Origin: an uncultured Planctomycetaceae bacterium
GTDB taxonomy: Bacteria > Planctomycetota > Planctomycetia > Planctomycetales > Planctomycetaceae
Direction: 5' to 3'
Assembly (NCBI GenBank): GCA_963976765.1
Contig: CAXBME010000022.1
Span: 1-64,000 of the forward strand
DNA length: 64,000 nucleotides
The position numbers were made by a program, and so were the translations under genes. Shown here one piece after another: positions 26,119 through 36,950 of the stretch (position 1 is its first letter; each line of letters opens with the position of its first letter). The notes under the pieces were generated by a model. It did not search any database. It was not told where the DNA came from and worked only from the letters and a program-made list of their open reading frames with translations.

Positions 26119-27369
26119 TCAGGATGAACGACCGAGGATCAGGCATACGTTATGGCCACCGAAGCCAAACGTATTGTTAATGGCGTAGTGAATATCGGCC
26201 TGCCGGGCCGAACCGGTCACCAGATTCAAATCGCATTCCGGGTCAGGCGTGTCGAGATTGATCGTCGGCGGAATAATGCCCGTCTGCAAAGTTTTAACGC
26301 AAGCAACCGACTCAACCGCTCCGGCAGCGCCAATTAAATGGCCGAGCATACTCTTTGTCGAACTGACTCTGAGCTGCGGCGCGGCGGCTCCGAAAGCTTC
26401 TTTCAAAGCCAGCGTTTCGGCAACGTCGTTCGCTTTGGTTCCTGTGCCGTGAGCGTTGATGTAAGTGCGGGACGCGATTTCCGATTGCAGAACACCGGCG
26501 GCTGAAAGTGCAAAGCGAATGGCCTGAGCCGCTCCCTGCCCGCTGGGTTCGGGACGAACGAGATGGCAAGCATCCGACGTCGAACCATAACCCAGCACTT
26601 CGGCATGAGGTTTCACGCCGCGCCGAGCAACACTTTGCTCAGACTCAAGAATCAGGATGCCGGCACCTTCAGACATGACCAGCCCCGACCGGTGAAGATC
26701 GAATGGCCGAATGGCTCGCTGCGGATCGTCGTTAAACTTTGTGGCCATCGCCCCCATGCGGCAAAAGGCGGCGATACCCAGTCGAGTCAGCGATGATTCA
26801 GTTCCGCCAGTAATCACTACGTCGGCGGCCCCGCTGCGAAGCAGTTCGGTGGCCTGAATGATTGCCAGGCCGGAACTGGCGCAGGCTGCACTGACCGTGA
26901 AGGCGGGGCCGTGAATTCCGAACGTCAGGCTCACATTGGCCGGAGCCGCATTCGGCATCAGGAGCGGAATCGTCAGTGGACTGACTCGATCCGGGCCGCG
27001 AGTCAGCAGGACGTCGGTCTGTTGCTGCAGCGTGTCCAGCCCGCTGAGCCCGGCTCCAACAATCACGCCACATCGGTGTCCGAACTCGGACGGAACAATT
27101 CCGGCATCGTCGATTGCTTGTTTTGCCGCCGAAACAGCGAAGCGACTCGCTCGATCCATGCGTCGCCATGCAACCTGCTCGGGCAGCTCAAAGGGAGCGT
27201 CGTCGAGCCCCTGAACTTCACCACCGATGGTCGCGGCGAGTCCCGTCGTGTCAGTCCTCTCAAGGCGTCTGATACCGGATCTGCCATCCGACAGACCCGA
27301 CCATAAGTGTTCAACGCTGTTTCCAAGCGGTGAAACCACGCCCATCCCTGTGACGAAGACTCTTGTCAT
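26119..27369 (-). CDS. fabF: Beta-ketoacyl-ACP synthase II family
   Basis: VFVTGMGVVSPLG, ACASS, NAHGTGT, GHLIGAAG, NTFGFGGHN; likely start ATG 27369. Confidence 0.9.
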   Translation of the reverse strand: MTRVFVTGMGVVSPLGNSVEHLWSGLSDGRSGIRRLERTDTTGLAATIGGEVQGLDDAPFELPEQVAWRRMDRASRFAVSAAKQAIDDAGIVPSEFGHRCGVIVGAGLSGLDTLQQQTDVLLTRGPDRVSPLTIPLLMPNAAPANVSLTFGIHGPAFTVSAACASSGLAIIQATELLRSGAADVVITGGTESSLTRLGIAAFCRMGAMATKFNDDPQRAIRPFDLHRSGLVMSEGAGILILESEQSVARRGVKPHAEVLGYGSTSDACHLVRPEPSGQGAAQAIRFALSAAGVLQSEIASRTYINAHGTGTKANDVAETLALKEAFGAAAPQLRVSSTKSMLGHLIGAAGAVESVACVKTLQTGIIPPTINLDTPDPECDLNLVTGSARQADIHYAINNTFGFGGHNVCLILGRSS

Positions 27370-28133
27370 GACGCCTGAATCGAACCTTTTATCGCCGGCC
27401 AGATGAACGATTTGAGGCCAGCATTGAGTGGAAACGCCCCCAAGCAGTGGGCCTTCCCAGGAGAATTGCATTCGGAGAGTCGACCATCAGCAAATGTTTG
27501 TCGATCGACCGGAAAGCGGAGGATTCTAGGAGTCTGACAGGGAAATCATAGCCGAAGCCGCCAGAAGACCATGCCGAGAGGAAGCTCAGCGAATTTGAAG
27601 TCAGGCTTTGCCCTGGAAATTCACGTCAGGTTTTCCCGCAAAGCCATTTCAGGGTTCTTCCGGGCGAACCGGCCAGGAACACGACTCATTCTGAATGCTC
27701 AACCAGACAGATCGAAAAGTTTTTCTGTCTCGCGGGCCACCGGGGCGACGTCGAGTGGTTGGAATTGTCAGATCACACAACGCAATGCGTGATTCATTAG
27801 TACGAGGACGGACAATTCAGAGTTTCGACTGGATACACGACCGATCGATCGGAGATAAACTCAGCAGGCAGGACGGGTTAAAGGGAGATCGACAGGATTC
27901 CCTGGCTTTTCACGCGCGAACTCCGAGACGATGGTCGCATCGCGGTTCAGTTTCAGCCATGAATGCGCTTTGAATCAGGCTGAGCCGCTAAACTTCCGCG
28001 AGCACGGCTCTCAGGAGTGGCGCACGGCTGAAAATTTCAGATCTCAGAATTGTTGACCGAGAAATTTATCTTCTTTTACCGCGAGACTCCGGCCCCGTTC
28101 GGCACCTCGCATCACGTTCGTGGTGAGGTATTG

Positions 28134-29900
28134 ATGAACCGCCTTTCAAAGTCAAGAACGATGGCAGCGGCAAAGACTGGTCAAGGGCGACGCGGGAACG
28201 CGATTGTCGTCACGCTGGCCGTTCTGGCAATTCTGATCGCAACCGGAACCTATTTTTTCGGACCAGGCCTGCTCGAGCAGATCAACGCTGGAGGTGAGTC
28301 ATCCGACACGAAAGCGATGACGCACACCGTCAGTCGCGAGAATCTGGTCGTTACCGTGACAGACGACGGCGAACTGCAAAGTGCCAGCAACGTCGACGTG
28401 AAATGCGAGATCTCAGGCGGCAGCACGATCCTCTGGATCATTGATGACGGCACAGTCGTTGAGGCCAACCAGAAGATTGTTGAACTCGACGCGTCCGGTA
28501 TCGAAGAACAGCTTGCCGCTCAGACCGGCGTCTATGAGAAGGCACTGGCCGCTCAGATTAAGGCGACGGAAGATGCCGCTGCGGCTGACATTGCCGTTAA
28601 GGAGTACGTCGAAGGAACCTACCTGAAAGATCTGCAGGAAGTTGAATCGCTGATCACGATCGCTCAGGAGAACATGCGAAGTGCCCAGAACGTCCTTGAC
28701 CACACCCAGCGAATGTCACGCAAAGGCTTTGCGACTCCGCTCCAGGTGGAAGCCGACGAGTTCGCCGTCAAACGAGCCAAACTTGATCTCGAGTTCGCAG
28801 AGACCTCAAAGAAAGTCCTCGAAAAATTCACTCGCGAGAAAACGACACGAGGACTTGAGGCCACGCGAGACGCAGCGCAAGCACTGGCCCGGTCAGAGCT
28901 GGCAGCCGTCGAACTCGAAAAAGCAAAACTCGATAAGCTCAAGAAGCAGCTCGAAAAGTGCGTAATCCTGGCACCTAAGGCCGGCATGGTCGTCTACTAC
29001 GCAGAACGCAGCCGATTCGGCAGTTCGAGCAGTCAGATTGAAGAAGGAGCACCCGTTCGCGAGCGACAGACAATTATCCAACTCCCCGACCTGACGCAGA
29101 TGCAGGCGAAAGTGCCAGTCCACGAATCTAAAGTCGAGCAGGTTCACGCAGGCCAGCGAGTTTACCTGAAAGTCCTGGATCGAGAATTTCAGGGGGTCGT
29201 CACGTCGATCGCCAACCAGCCGGAAGCGAAGTCATTCTTTTCAGCGAAGGTCAAAGAGTACCCGGCGGAGGTTCGGATCGAAGGTGACTGCGAAGGCCTT
29301 CGGCCGGGCATGACAGCGGAGGTCGAGATTCTGATCGCCAACCTTGAGAACGTGTTGACGATTCCCGTTTCTGCGGTCGTCGTCAAAGGGGGGCAATTCT
29401 TTGGCTACGTCAAATCTCCCACTGGTCCACAGAAACGCCAACTGCTCCTGGGACTCAGCAACGACAAGTTTGTCGAGGTAAAAGACGGCGTCAGCGAGGG
29501 CGAAGAAATCCTGATGAATCCTCGCTCTGTCATGAGCGAACAGCTCAACGACGAAGAGGACAAAGAAAAAGAGGACGATTCAGATCAGGTCTCCAGCCGG
29601 TTCGGTGAATCGAGCAGCACATCGGCACCAGTGGCAGGTGGAGACAAACCTTCTGGTAGTCCATCAAGCACAGACCGGCCGTCGGCAGGTACCAGAAAAT
29701 TCTCAGACTTCGACAAGAATGGCGATGGAAAAATCAGCGCCGATGAGGCTCCAAGTCCTCGCATGATTGAGGCAGCCGATAAGGACGGTGATGGAGCGAT
29801 ATCAGAAGCTGAGTTCAAAAGTCGTCCCCCGCGACCTTCATCCGCTGGCGAAGGAAATGGTGGCGGGACCGGTGGCCGACCTGAATCGGGAGCCCGCTAG
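28134..29900 (+). CDS. MacA/HlyD-type periplasmic adaptor with a C-terminal EF-hand pair
   Basis: N-terminal TM, lipoyl-like halves (DDGTVV, APKAGMV), coiled coil, LRPGMTAEV; DKNGDGKISADE and DKDGDGAISEAE. Confidence 0.88.
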   Translation: MNRLSKSRTMAAAKTGQGRRGNAIVVTLAVLAILIATGTYFFGPGLLEQINAGGESSDTKAMTHTVSRENLVVTVTDDGELQSASNVDVKCEISGGSTILWIIDDGTVVEANQKIVELDASGIEEQLAAQTGVYEKALAAQIKATEDAAAADIAVKEYVEGTYLKDLQEVESLITIAQENMRSAQNVLDHTQRMSRKGFATPLQVEADEFAVKRAKLDLEFAETSKKVLEKFTREKTTRGLEATRDAAQALARSELAAVELEKAKLDKLKKQLEKCVILAPKAGMVVYYAERSRFGSSSSQIEEGAPVRERQTIIQLPDLTQMQAKVPVHESKVEQVHAGQRVYLKVLDREFQGVVTSIANQPEAKSFFSAKVKEYPAEVRIEGDCEGLRPGMTAEVEILIANLENVLTIPVSAVVVKGGQFFGYVKSPTGPQKRQLLLGLSNDKFVEVKDGVSEGEEILMNPRSVMSEQLNDEEDKEKEDDSDQVSSRFGESSSTSAPVAGGDKPSGSPSSTDRPSAGTRKFSDFDKNGDGKISADEAPSPRMIEAADKDGDGAISEAEFKSRPPRPSSAGEGNGGGTGGRPESGAR

Positions 29901-31225
29901 TGCTCTCGTACATTCTGCGAACGCTCAAACTTGGCATCAAGAGTCTGTCTCTGCACGCGCTGCGGTCTTCGCTCGCCATGGTCGGAATTCTGATCGGCGT
30001 GATGGCCGTCATCTGGCTCGTTGCGCTGGGTGAAGGCGTCAGCGATCAGGCTCAGAAACAAATCGAGCAACTGGGCGCTCGAAACATCATTATCAAAAGC
30101 ATCAAGCCAGCAGCGTCAGGAACCAGCGGCGACCGAACCTTCGTCACGATCTATGGACTGACCGACGCCGATTACGACCGCCTGATCACCATCCCCACCG
30201 TCGAACGAGCAGTTCCGATGCGCGAACTGTCAACCGTCGTCCGGCACGAAGGGCACGCGATGGCAACGCAACTTGTGGGTTGCGTTTCTGATTATTACCA
30301 GATCAACCACCTCAGCATGTCCCAGGGAAGGTTTCTGGAGCAGCAGCACGAAATCGATAAAGCCACTGTTTGTGTGATTGCTGCCGAAGTCGCTGTCGAG
30401 CTGTTTCCGCTGCAAAACCCGATCGGCGAACGCATCCTCATCGACCAGGATTTCTACACCGTGATCGGTGTCACGGAGAGCCGTGAATCGTCCGCGTCAA
30501 TCGGTGGCAGCCTCGCCGGACGAGAATACAACAGCGACATCTACATTCCCGTCACGACCTTCCGCACACGGTTAGGCGACGAACTGACCACTTCACCGTC
30601 CGGTGGCGTCGATCGAGAACTCGTCGAGATCAGCCAGATCACGCTGATGATTGAAGACGTCGAGCTGGTCGAAGAAAGCGCCGCCGTTGCTCGAATCCTG
30701 CTCGAGAAATACCACCTCGAAGACGACTATTCGATCGTCGTGCCCAAAGAACTGCTCCGCCAGGCGGAAGTTCTGCGAGCCATGTTTAACGTGCTGCTGG
30801 TTCTGATCGCCGGCATTTCGCTCCTCGTCGGCGGCATCGGCATTATGAACATCATGCTGGCAACGGTGACGGAGCGAACTCGCGAAATCGGCGTCAGGCG
30901 AGCGTTGGGTGCTCGCCGCAGCGATATCATCACACAGTTCCTGGCCGAGACGGTCGTCCTGACCGGCACGGGTGGACTGACGGGCGTCGCGTTTGGATTC
31001 CTCTGTGGCCCAGCCATCTTTGGCGTTCAGTACGTCCTGAAGAATTTTCTCCCAAACGTCTGGACCACGCTGCCACCCGCTATTCAGAACCTGGAACCAC
31101 TCGTTGCTCCGTGGTCCGTCGCGGTGGCGTTCTCAATCTCGGTCATTGTTGGCGTCCTCTTCGGCCTGTACCCCGCTCGCCGAGCCGCACTGATGGATCC
31201 GATCGAAGCCTTGCGACACGAATAA
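29900..31225 (+). CDS. MacB/FtsX-family ABC permease (no fused ATPase)
   Basis: LRSSLAMVGILIGV, GGIGIMNIMLATVTERTREIGVRRALGA, PARRAA..DPIEALRHE. Confidence 0.93.
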   Translation: MLSYILRTLKLGIKSLSLHALRSSLAMVGILIGVMAVIWLVALGEGVSDQAQKQIEQLGARNIIIKSIKPAASGTSGDRTFVTIYGLTDADYDRLITIPTVERAVPMRELSTVVRHEGHAMATQLVGCVSDYYQINHLSMSQGRFLEQQHEIDKATVCVIAAEVAVELFPLQNPIGERILIDQDFYTVIGVTESRESSASIGGSLAGREYNSDIYIPVTTFRTRLGDELTTSPSGGVDRELVEISQITLMIEDVELVEESAAVARILLEKYHLEDDYSIVVPKELLRQAEVLRAMFNVLLVLIAGISLLVGGIGIMNIMLATVTERTREIGVRRALGARRSDIITQFLAETVVLTGTGGLTGVAFGFLCGPAIFGVQYVLKNFLPNVWTTLPPAIQNLEPLVAPWSVAVAFSISVIVGVLFGLYPARRAALMDPIEALRHE

Positions 31226-31396
31226 CGTTTCCACGATCAGCCATCGCATCGTGATCAGCCGTTGCATCATGCAGCGATCATTCCAAGGTTGCTTCCACCG
31301 GTCGAGCGGTCAAAGTACGCCTCTTTGGACAACGTCGAGCAGGACGTTTGCTCAACAACTTTCTCTCTCACACCGGACCGATCGGTTTCTGTCGAA

Positions 31397-32713
31397 ATGG
31401 CCAACTACCGCGACAAGCGTCCGCAAAGGAAACAGTGGCAACGGCAGGCTCCCGTTCTGCTGGACACGTCTCAACGCCCGCTGGACATCGTCGACGATCC
31501 GTCGTCGCTGCCGACCGTGCAGATCGATACAGACTTCCCGCATCCCAACGTCTTCCGAAAACGCGTTCGCAACGTTCCCGCCAGTGTGAAGCCCGGCGAT
31601 CTTGTTTCGATTTTTCACACAGACGGTCGTCATCTTGGTTTTGGATATTTCAACTCGACCGCGGGCGTCGGCCTGCGTTTCATTCGGTGGGGAGCCAAAC
31701 CACCCAACGACGAGTTCTGGGACGAGCTTCTGAAACGTGCCGTTGCCTTTCGTCGCGAAACATTGAAACTGGAGGAAGCCACAACCGCGAGTCGGCTCAT
31801 CCATGCCGAAGGAGACTTTCTGCCGGGAATCGTCGTTGATCGGTACAACGATGTGCTGTCACTCGAAGCGTACTCGCTGGCGATGTTTCAACGAGCCCAG
31901 TCGATTGCCGAAAGGCTCAGCACGGTCTGCGGGACGGATCACTGGATCGTCAAGCCGAGTCCACAGAGCGAGACTCAGGAAGGCTTCTCGGCCCCCGTCA
32001 TCAGCTCGCCCGACCTCCCTCGCACAACGACGATTCACGAATACGGAACGCGGTTCCGCATCAACTTTAACGAAGGTCACAAAACCGGTTTCTTCTGCGA
32101 CCAGCGTGAGAACCGCCTGAAGATGGCAAAGTTCTGCGAAGGCAAATCAGTGGCCGACATCTGCTGCTACACCGGCGGCTTCGCCATTCAGGCCAAAACC
32201 GCCGGCAACGCTGCGGAAGTCACCGGCGTTGAACTCGACGAAAACCCGCTGCAACTGGCAAAGGCCAATGCCAACCTGAATCAGGCCAAAGTCAACTTTG
32301 TCCAGGCAGACGCCTTCGCATGGATGCGTGACATGGTCCGGAATGGCCGCCAGTTCGATGTTCTCGCGCTCGACCCTCCGAAACTGATTCACTCACGCGA
32401 GGAACTGGAAGAAGGCCGCCGAACTCACTTCGATCTCAACCGGCTTGCTCTGCAACTCGTCCGGCCCGGTGGAATCATGGTGACGTTTACCTGTGCCGGC
32501 CTGCTGACGAACGAAGAGTTCGACAAACTGGTCCGCTCAGCTGCTCGACAGGCCGGCCCGCCGATGCCTGGCATGGAGAACGACGAAAACCCACGACGAC
32601 AGCCACGCGAGATTCAGATCTTCGACCGCACCGGCGCTTCTCCCGACCATCCTGTCGCCGGAAGCTGTCCCGAATCAGAATACCTGCGAGCGATGTGGCT
32701 CCGAGTTCTGTAG
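31397..32713 (+). CDS. RlmI-like class I SAM-dependent rRNA methyltransferase
   Basis: PUA-like N-terminus, HAEGDFLPG, GHKTGFFCDQRENR, CYTGGF, DPPK. Confidence 0.85.
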   Translation: MANYRDKRPQRKQWQRQAPVLLDTSQRPLDIVDDPSSLPTVQIDTDFPHPNVFRKRVRNVPASVKPGDLVSIFHTDGRHLGFGYFNSTAGVGLRFIRWGAKPPNDEFWDELLKRAVAFRRETLKLEEATTASRLIHAEGDFLPGIVVDRYNDVLSLEAYSLAMFQRAQSIAERLSTVCGTDHWIVKPSPQSETQEGFSAPVISSPDLPRTTTIHEYGTRFRINFNEGHKTGFFCDQRENRLKMAKFCEGKSVADICCYTGGFAIQAKTAGNAAEVTGVELDENPLQLAKANANLNQAKVNFVQADAFAWMRDMVRNGRQFDVLALDPPKLIHSREELEEGRRTHFDLNRLALQLVRPGGIMVTFTCAGLLTNEEFDKLVRSAARQAGPPMPGMENDENPRRQPREIQIFDRTGASPDHPVAGSCPESEYLRAMWLRVL

Positions 32714-35700
32714 AAACTTCCCGGTAATCGACTTCCCACACGCGCTGATGTCAGCCATTGAGCCTGTCGCGACTACCTGCCCACCCCCTGGTCCAGCTTC
32801 CGGCCCCATGTCGATGATGTGGTCGGCGTGTCGGATGACGTCGAGGTGATGCTCGATCACAACCAGCGAATGCCCCACCGACAACAAGCCGTCAAAACAT
32901 TCGAGCAGTCGAGCAACGTCGGCTGGATGCAGCCCGATCGTCGGCTCGTTCATGATCAGCAACGATCCGGTTCGACTGCTGGCCGCCAGACACGCCGCCA
33001 GCTTCAGCCGCTGTGACTCCCCACCAGAAAGCGTCGCCAGTGGCTGCCCCAGCGTCAGATAGTCGAGCCCGACATCTTTCAGCGACCGCAATCGTTTCTG
33101 GATCTTTGGTTGGCCACGAAAAAACGCAAAAGCTTCGGCAGCGGTCATCGCCAGAACGTCGGCAATGGTGCGGGCTCGCCATTGCACTTCAAGCAGGTGA
33201 GGCTGGTAACGTGTCCCGCCGCAGTCAGGACACGTCATCGACACGTCCGCCAGAAACTGCATGTCGATTTCCACTCGACCAGTGCCCTCACACTTATTGC
33301 AGCGTCCGCCCGAATCGGTGTTAAAGCTGAAATGCGACAGGGTGAGATTTCGATTGCGGGCATCTTCGGTCTCGGCAAACAGTCGCCGGATTTCATCAAA
33401 GACTTTCAGCCACGTTGCCGGGTTGCTGCGTCGAGATCCTGCCAACGGACGATCATCAATCAGCTCGACCGAACTGATCGGCTCCGCGCCGGCCAGTTCG
33501 CGGTACTCGCCGACACCGTCGACCGGGCACGGCTGATTCAGGCTGCTGCAAACAGCGGGAAACAACACTCCTTCAATCAACGACGATTTTCCGGCTCCAC
33601 TGACTCCGGTAACAACGCAGAGGTTTCCCAGCGGAATGTCGACCGAACAGTCTCTTACATTGTGACACGTCGCCCCGCTGAGCCGCAGCCAGCCTGTCGC
33701 AGTACGGTGGTTTCTCCCCCCCGACAAACGGTGACGGTTGTCGATTGATTCTGGCGAGGCTATTTCAGCCAGCCAGCGCCCCGTCGCGGAATCAGCAACC
33801 GCAGCCAGCCCTTCAGGCCGCCCGGCAAAAACCACGTGCCCGCCGTCGCGTCCGGCTGCCGGACCAATATCCACCACATGATCGGCGGCGTTCAGAAATT
33901 CGGATTCGTGCTCGACGACAACAACCGTGTTGCCGCTCTCTCGAATATCCCGAACGATACTTATGACTCGCGAGACATCGCGTGGATGCAAACCAACCGA
34001 TGGCTCATCAATCACAAACAGCGTGTTGACCAGGTCCGAGCCAGCGATCGAAGTCATGGCCACTCGTTGAGCTTCGCCACGCGACAGCGATCCCATTTCG
34101 CGGTTGAGCTGGAGATATCCCAATCCGGTCGACCTGAGAAAATTCAGCCGCTTGACGATCTCCGCGACAAGGTTCGCTCCAACCAATGCCGATTCTGCGG
34201 GCAGCTTCAACTTCGCCTGAAAAAACTCCAGCGACTGATCGATCGTCATAGCCGACAGTTCGCTGATCGATGCCGAGCAGTCATCGGTACCGGCATCGCC
34301 GCGGTCACCAAACCGAACCGCGATAGCTTCCGGACGGAGCCGCGACCCGTCGCAGGTTCCGCAACGTTCGATCTGTCTCCACTGGCTGAGAAATTCACGG
34401 GTTGCCGGTTGCTTTCGTCGCTCAAGTCGTTCGAACAATCCTCGTAGTCCCTCGGTACTTTTGCTGGTGCCCCCGCCCGACAAACTGCTACTCGAGAAGA
34501 CAACCTGCTTTTCTTCAAACGTCAGCTTTCGAAACTCAACATCAAGCGGGACGCCGACGTTCACTAAGAACCGAAGCAATCGCTCACGTTCGCGTTTCCA
34601 ACGATCGCCCCGCAGCGGAGCAACGGCACCCGCCCGAAGAGACAGCGACTGGTCCGGAACCATCCTGTCGACGTCCAGTGTGGTGACGCTGCCGGTTCCC
34701 TGACAGGCTGGGCAGGCTCCTGACGGACTCTGAAAACTGAGCGTCGAAGGTTCGGGGCGGGTAAAGGTTCTTCCACAGGTTGAGCAGTCGAAACTGGAAG
34801 AAAAACGCAGCAGCCCCCACGGATCATTATCAATCAGCACCGGTTCAAACGTCGGCTGTCGCCCATCGGCGGGTCGTTTATCGGAACCCGCAGACATGTC
34901 AGCAGCCGGTAACTGAGCGAGCAGCACGCATCTTCCGCCTGATTGCCGGAAAGATGTTTCGGCCGCCTCAACGACGCGTTCATCGCTGGTTTTTCCTGCA
35001 ACCAGCCGGTCGACAATCACGATTCGCTGTTCACCGCCGCCCCCATGCGAAGAACAGTCCTGAACTGAAACACTTCGACCAGATGAGACGAAACCCGAAT
35101 CATTACTTGATGAATCAACCGCAGCTCGCTCTAAAACTACGGCACGAGTGAAGCCGGATTCGAGCAGTTCGCTTACGCTCCAGACCTGCTCTGTTTGATT
35201 GGTCGAGGCATCGCCGACACTGGCGTCCTCGCTCGTTGACAAGGGAAAACCAATCTGCGCGCGGGTGCCAGCCGGCAACAAGCGGAATGACTCAACCACG
35301 GACGTCGCCGAATCCTGATCAACTCGTTGCTCGCAATCAGGACAGACGACGACTCCGACTCGCGAGAACAGAACGCGCAACAGGTCGTCGATCTCGGTGA
35401 CTGTCGCAATTGTCGACCGTCTGGACGCCGTCTGAATCGCCGCGTTCTGACGCAGAGCCACAGCTGGCGGAATGCGAACGATGCTGTCAGCATCCGGTTT
35501 CTCCAGCTGATCAAGATGCCGCCTGGCGGACGACGAGAAACTCTCGATGTACCGCCGTTGCCCTTCAGTATAAAGGGTGTCGAACGCAAGGCTGCTCTTT
35601 CCTGAACCGCTGACTCCAGTAATGACAGTCAGCCTGTTCAACGGAATATCGACGTCGATTGATTTGAGATTGTGAACACGCACACCTCGCAATTCGATGT

Positions 35701-35752
35701 TTGACGACACCTTTTCTGTAGCACTCCCTGTTAGAATATTTTCGTCATCCAT
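32675..35752 (-). CDS. uvrA: UvrA family excinuclease ATPase (paralogue)
   Basis: HNLK, GVSGSGKSSLAFDTLY, zinc fingers, second GVSGAGKSSL, LSGGESQRLKLA. Confidence 0.88.
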   Translation of the reverse strand: MDDENILTGSATEKVSSNIELRGVRVHNLKSIDVDIPLNRLTVITGVSGSGKSSLAFDTLYTEGQRRYIESFSSSARRHLDQLEKPDADSIVRIPPAVALRQNAAIQTASRRSTIATVTEIDDLLRVLFSRVGVVVCPDCEQRVDQDSATSVVESFRLLPAGTRAQIGFPLSTSEDASVGDASTNQTEQVWSVSELLESGFTRAVVLERAAVDSSSNDSGFVSSGRSVSVQDCSSHGGGGEQRIVIVDRLVAGKTSDERVVEAAETSFRQSGGRCVLLAQLPAADMSAGSDKRPADGRQPTFEPVLIDNDPWGLLRFSSSFDCSTCGRTFTRPEPSTLSFQSPSGACPACQGTGSVTTLDVDRMVPDQSLSLRAGAVAPLRGDRWKRERERLLRFLVNVGVPLDVEFRKLTFEEKQVVFSSSSLSGGGTSKSTEGLRGLFERLERRKQPATREFLSQWRQIERCGTCDGSRLRPEAIAVRFGDRGDAGTDDCSASISELSAMTIDQSLEFFQAKLKLPAESALVGANLVAEIVKRLNFLRSTGLGYLQLNREMGSLSRGEAQRVAMTSIAGSDLVNTLFVIDEPSVGLHPRDVSRVISIVRDIRESGNTVVVVEHESEFLNAADHVVDIGPAAGRDGGHVVFAGRPEGLAAVADSATGRWLAEIASPESIDNRHRLSGGRNHRTATGWLRLSGATCHNVRDCSVDIPLGNLCVVTGVSGAGKSSLIEGVLFPAVCSSLNQPCPVDGVGEYRELAGAEPISSVELIDDRPLAGSRRSNPATWLKVFDEIRRLFAETEDARNRNLTLSHFSFNTDSGGRCNKCEGTGRVEIDMQFLADVSMTCPDCGGTRYQPHLLEVQWRARTIADVLAMTAAEAFAFFRGQPKIQKRLRSLKDVGLDYLTLGQPLATLSGGESQRLKLAACLAASSRTGSLLIMNEPTIGLHPADVARLLECFDGLLSVGHSLVVIEHHLDVIRHADHIIDMGPEAGPGGGQVVATGSMADISACGKSITGKFLQNSEPHRSQVF

Positions 35753-35928
35753 GTTCAAAGCGTAGGCAGACCGAGCGAACTCTTCGAGTCACTCCAGCAT
35801 CAGTTCTGCTGACCTCAGATCTTCACCCACCGTTGCGTTTCCCTGAGGTGGTCTGAAGAATCCCCGCTCTCGTCGCGTTCCGCGTTCACGACGTTTTCAA
35901 TCGAATCCAGCAGGAACTCTACTTGTCC

Positions 35929-36876
35929 ATGAAGACGCTCAGCGGACTACTGACCATCAACAAACCCGAAGGGATGACTTCGCGGCAAACCGTAACCCGT
36001 GTCAGCAATGTCCTCCGCCAGGCGGGCTATGGTCGGCAGATTCGAGTCGGCCACTGCGGCACGCTCGACCCGCTTGCTACTGGACTGGTTGTCATTTGTG
36101 TCGGCAGGTCGACTCGGCTGGTACAACTGATTCAGGAGCGACCAAAATCCTACATCGGCACTTTTCAGCTGGGATGCGTCACATCAACCGACGACTGTAC
36201 TGGCGAAATCCTGAGCGAATCAGCCGTCGATTCCACAATCATTTCGCGTCAGACGATCGTCGATCTGCTTCCTGAATTTACAGGCGACATCGAGCAGGTG
36301 CCGCCGAAATTTTCGGCCGTTCATGTCAACGGCCGACGAGCCTATAAACTGGCCCGACAAGGTCGAGAGGTCGAACTGGCCGCTCGACCTGTTCAGGTTC
36401 ACCGCCTCGAACTGACAGGTTTCCAACTGCCCGACTTCGAGTTGAAAATCGAGTGCGGATCCGGAACCTACATTCGCTCGCTGGGCCGCGACATCGGCGA
36501 ACGACTTGGCTGCGGCGCAACGATGAAAACGCTTAACAGATCAGCGATCGGCGAGTTCTCACTCGACGAAGCCGTCGCCCCCCATGAAGTCACTCCGGAG
36601 AACATCTCGTCGCTGATCAAGCCACCAATCAAAGCTGTCGCTCATCTGCCAAGCGTCGAAATTACGGAGCAACAGAAAGCACGAGTCTACGATGGGCGTC
36701 CCATCGACGTGGGAATGGTCGAAGAGTTCTCCAGCGATTCACGAACCGAGGAAGAAGATTCGGCGAGACTGATTCTTGTCGACACGAACCACCAGCTCGT
36801 TGCGGTTTCGTCCTATAGATTTGACGAAGGTTCTGCGAAGCCAGAAATGGTGTTTCACGACCCGCCTCGTGACTAA
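35929..36876 (+). CDS. truB: tRNA pseudouridine(55) synthase
   Basis: INKPEGMTS, VGHCGTLDPLATG, QVPPKFSA, CGSGTYIRSL. Confidence 0.96.
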   Translation: MKTLSGLLTINKPEGMTSRQTVTRVSNVLRQAGYGRQIRVGHCGTLDPLATGLVVICVGRSTRLVQLIQERPKSYIGTFQLGCVTSTDDCTGEILSESAVDSTIISRQTIVDLLPEFTGDIEQVPPKFSAVHVNGRRAYKLARQGREVELAARPVQVHRLELTGFQLPDFELKIECGSGTYIRSLGRDIGERLGCGATMKTLNRSAIGEFSLDEAVAPHEVTPENISSLIKPPIKAVAHLPSVEITEQQKARVYDGRPIDVGMVEEFSSDSRTEEEDSARLILVDTNHQLVAVSSYRFDEGSAKPEMVFHDPPRD

Positions 36877-36950
36877 ACAAGCAGCCAACTGTGATGAGTA
36901 AGGTCAACGTTGGGCGAGGTCAGGTCAGCGGGCACGCCTGGCTGTTGCTG

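Noticed and set aside
32675..32713. Convergent 3' overlaps (RlmI-like/uvrA; also SDR/RlmB-like at 49458-49483)
   Set aside because: Short tail-to-tail overlaps are common and show no special structure.
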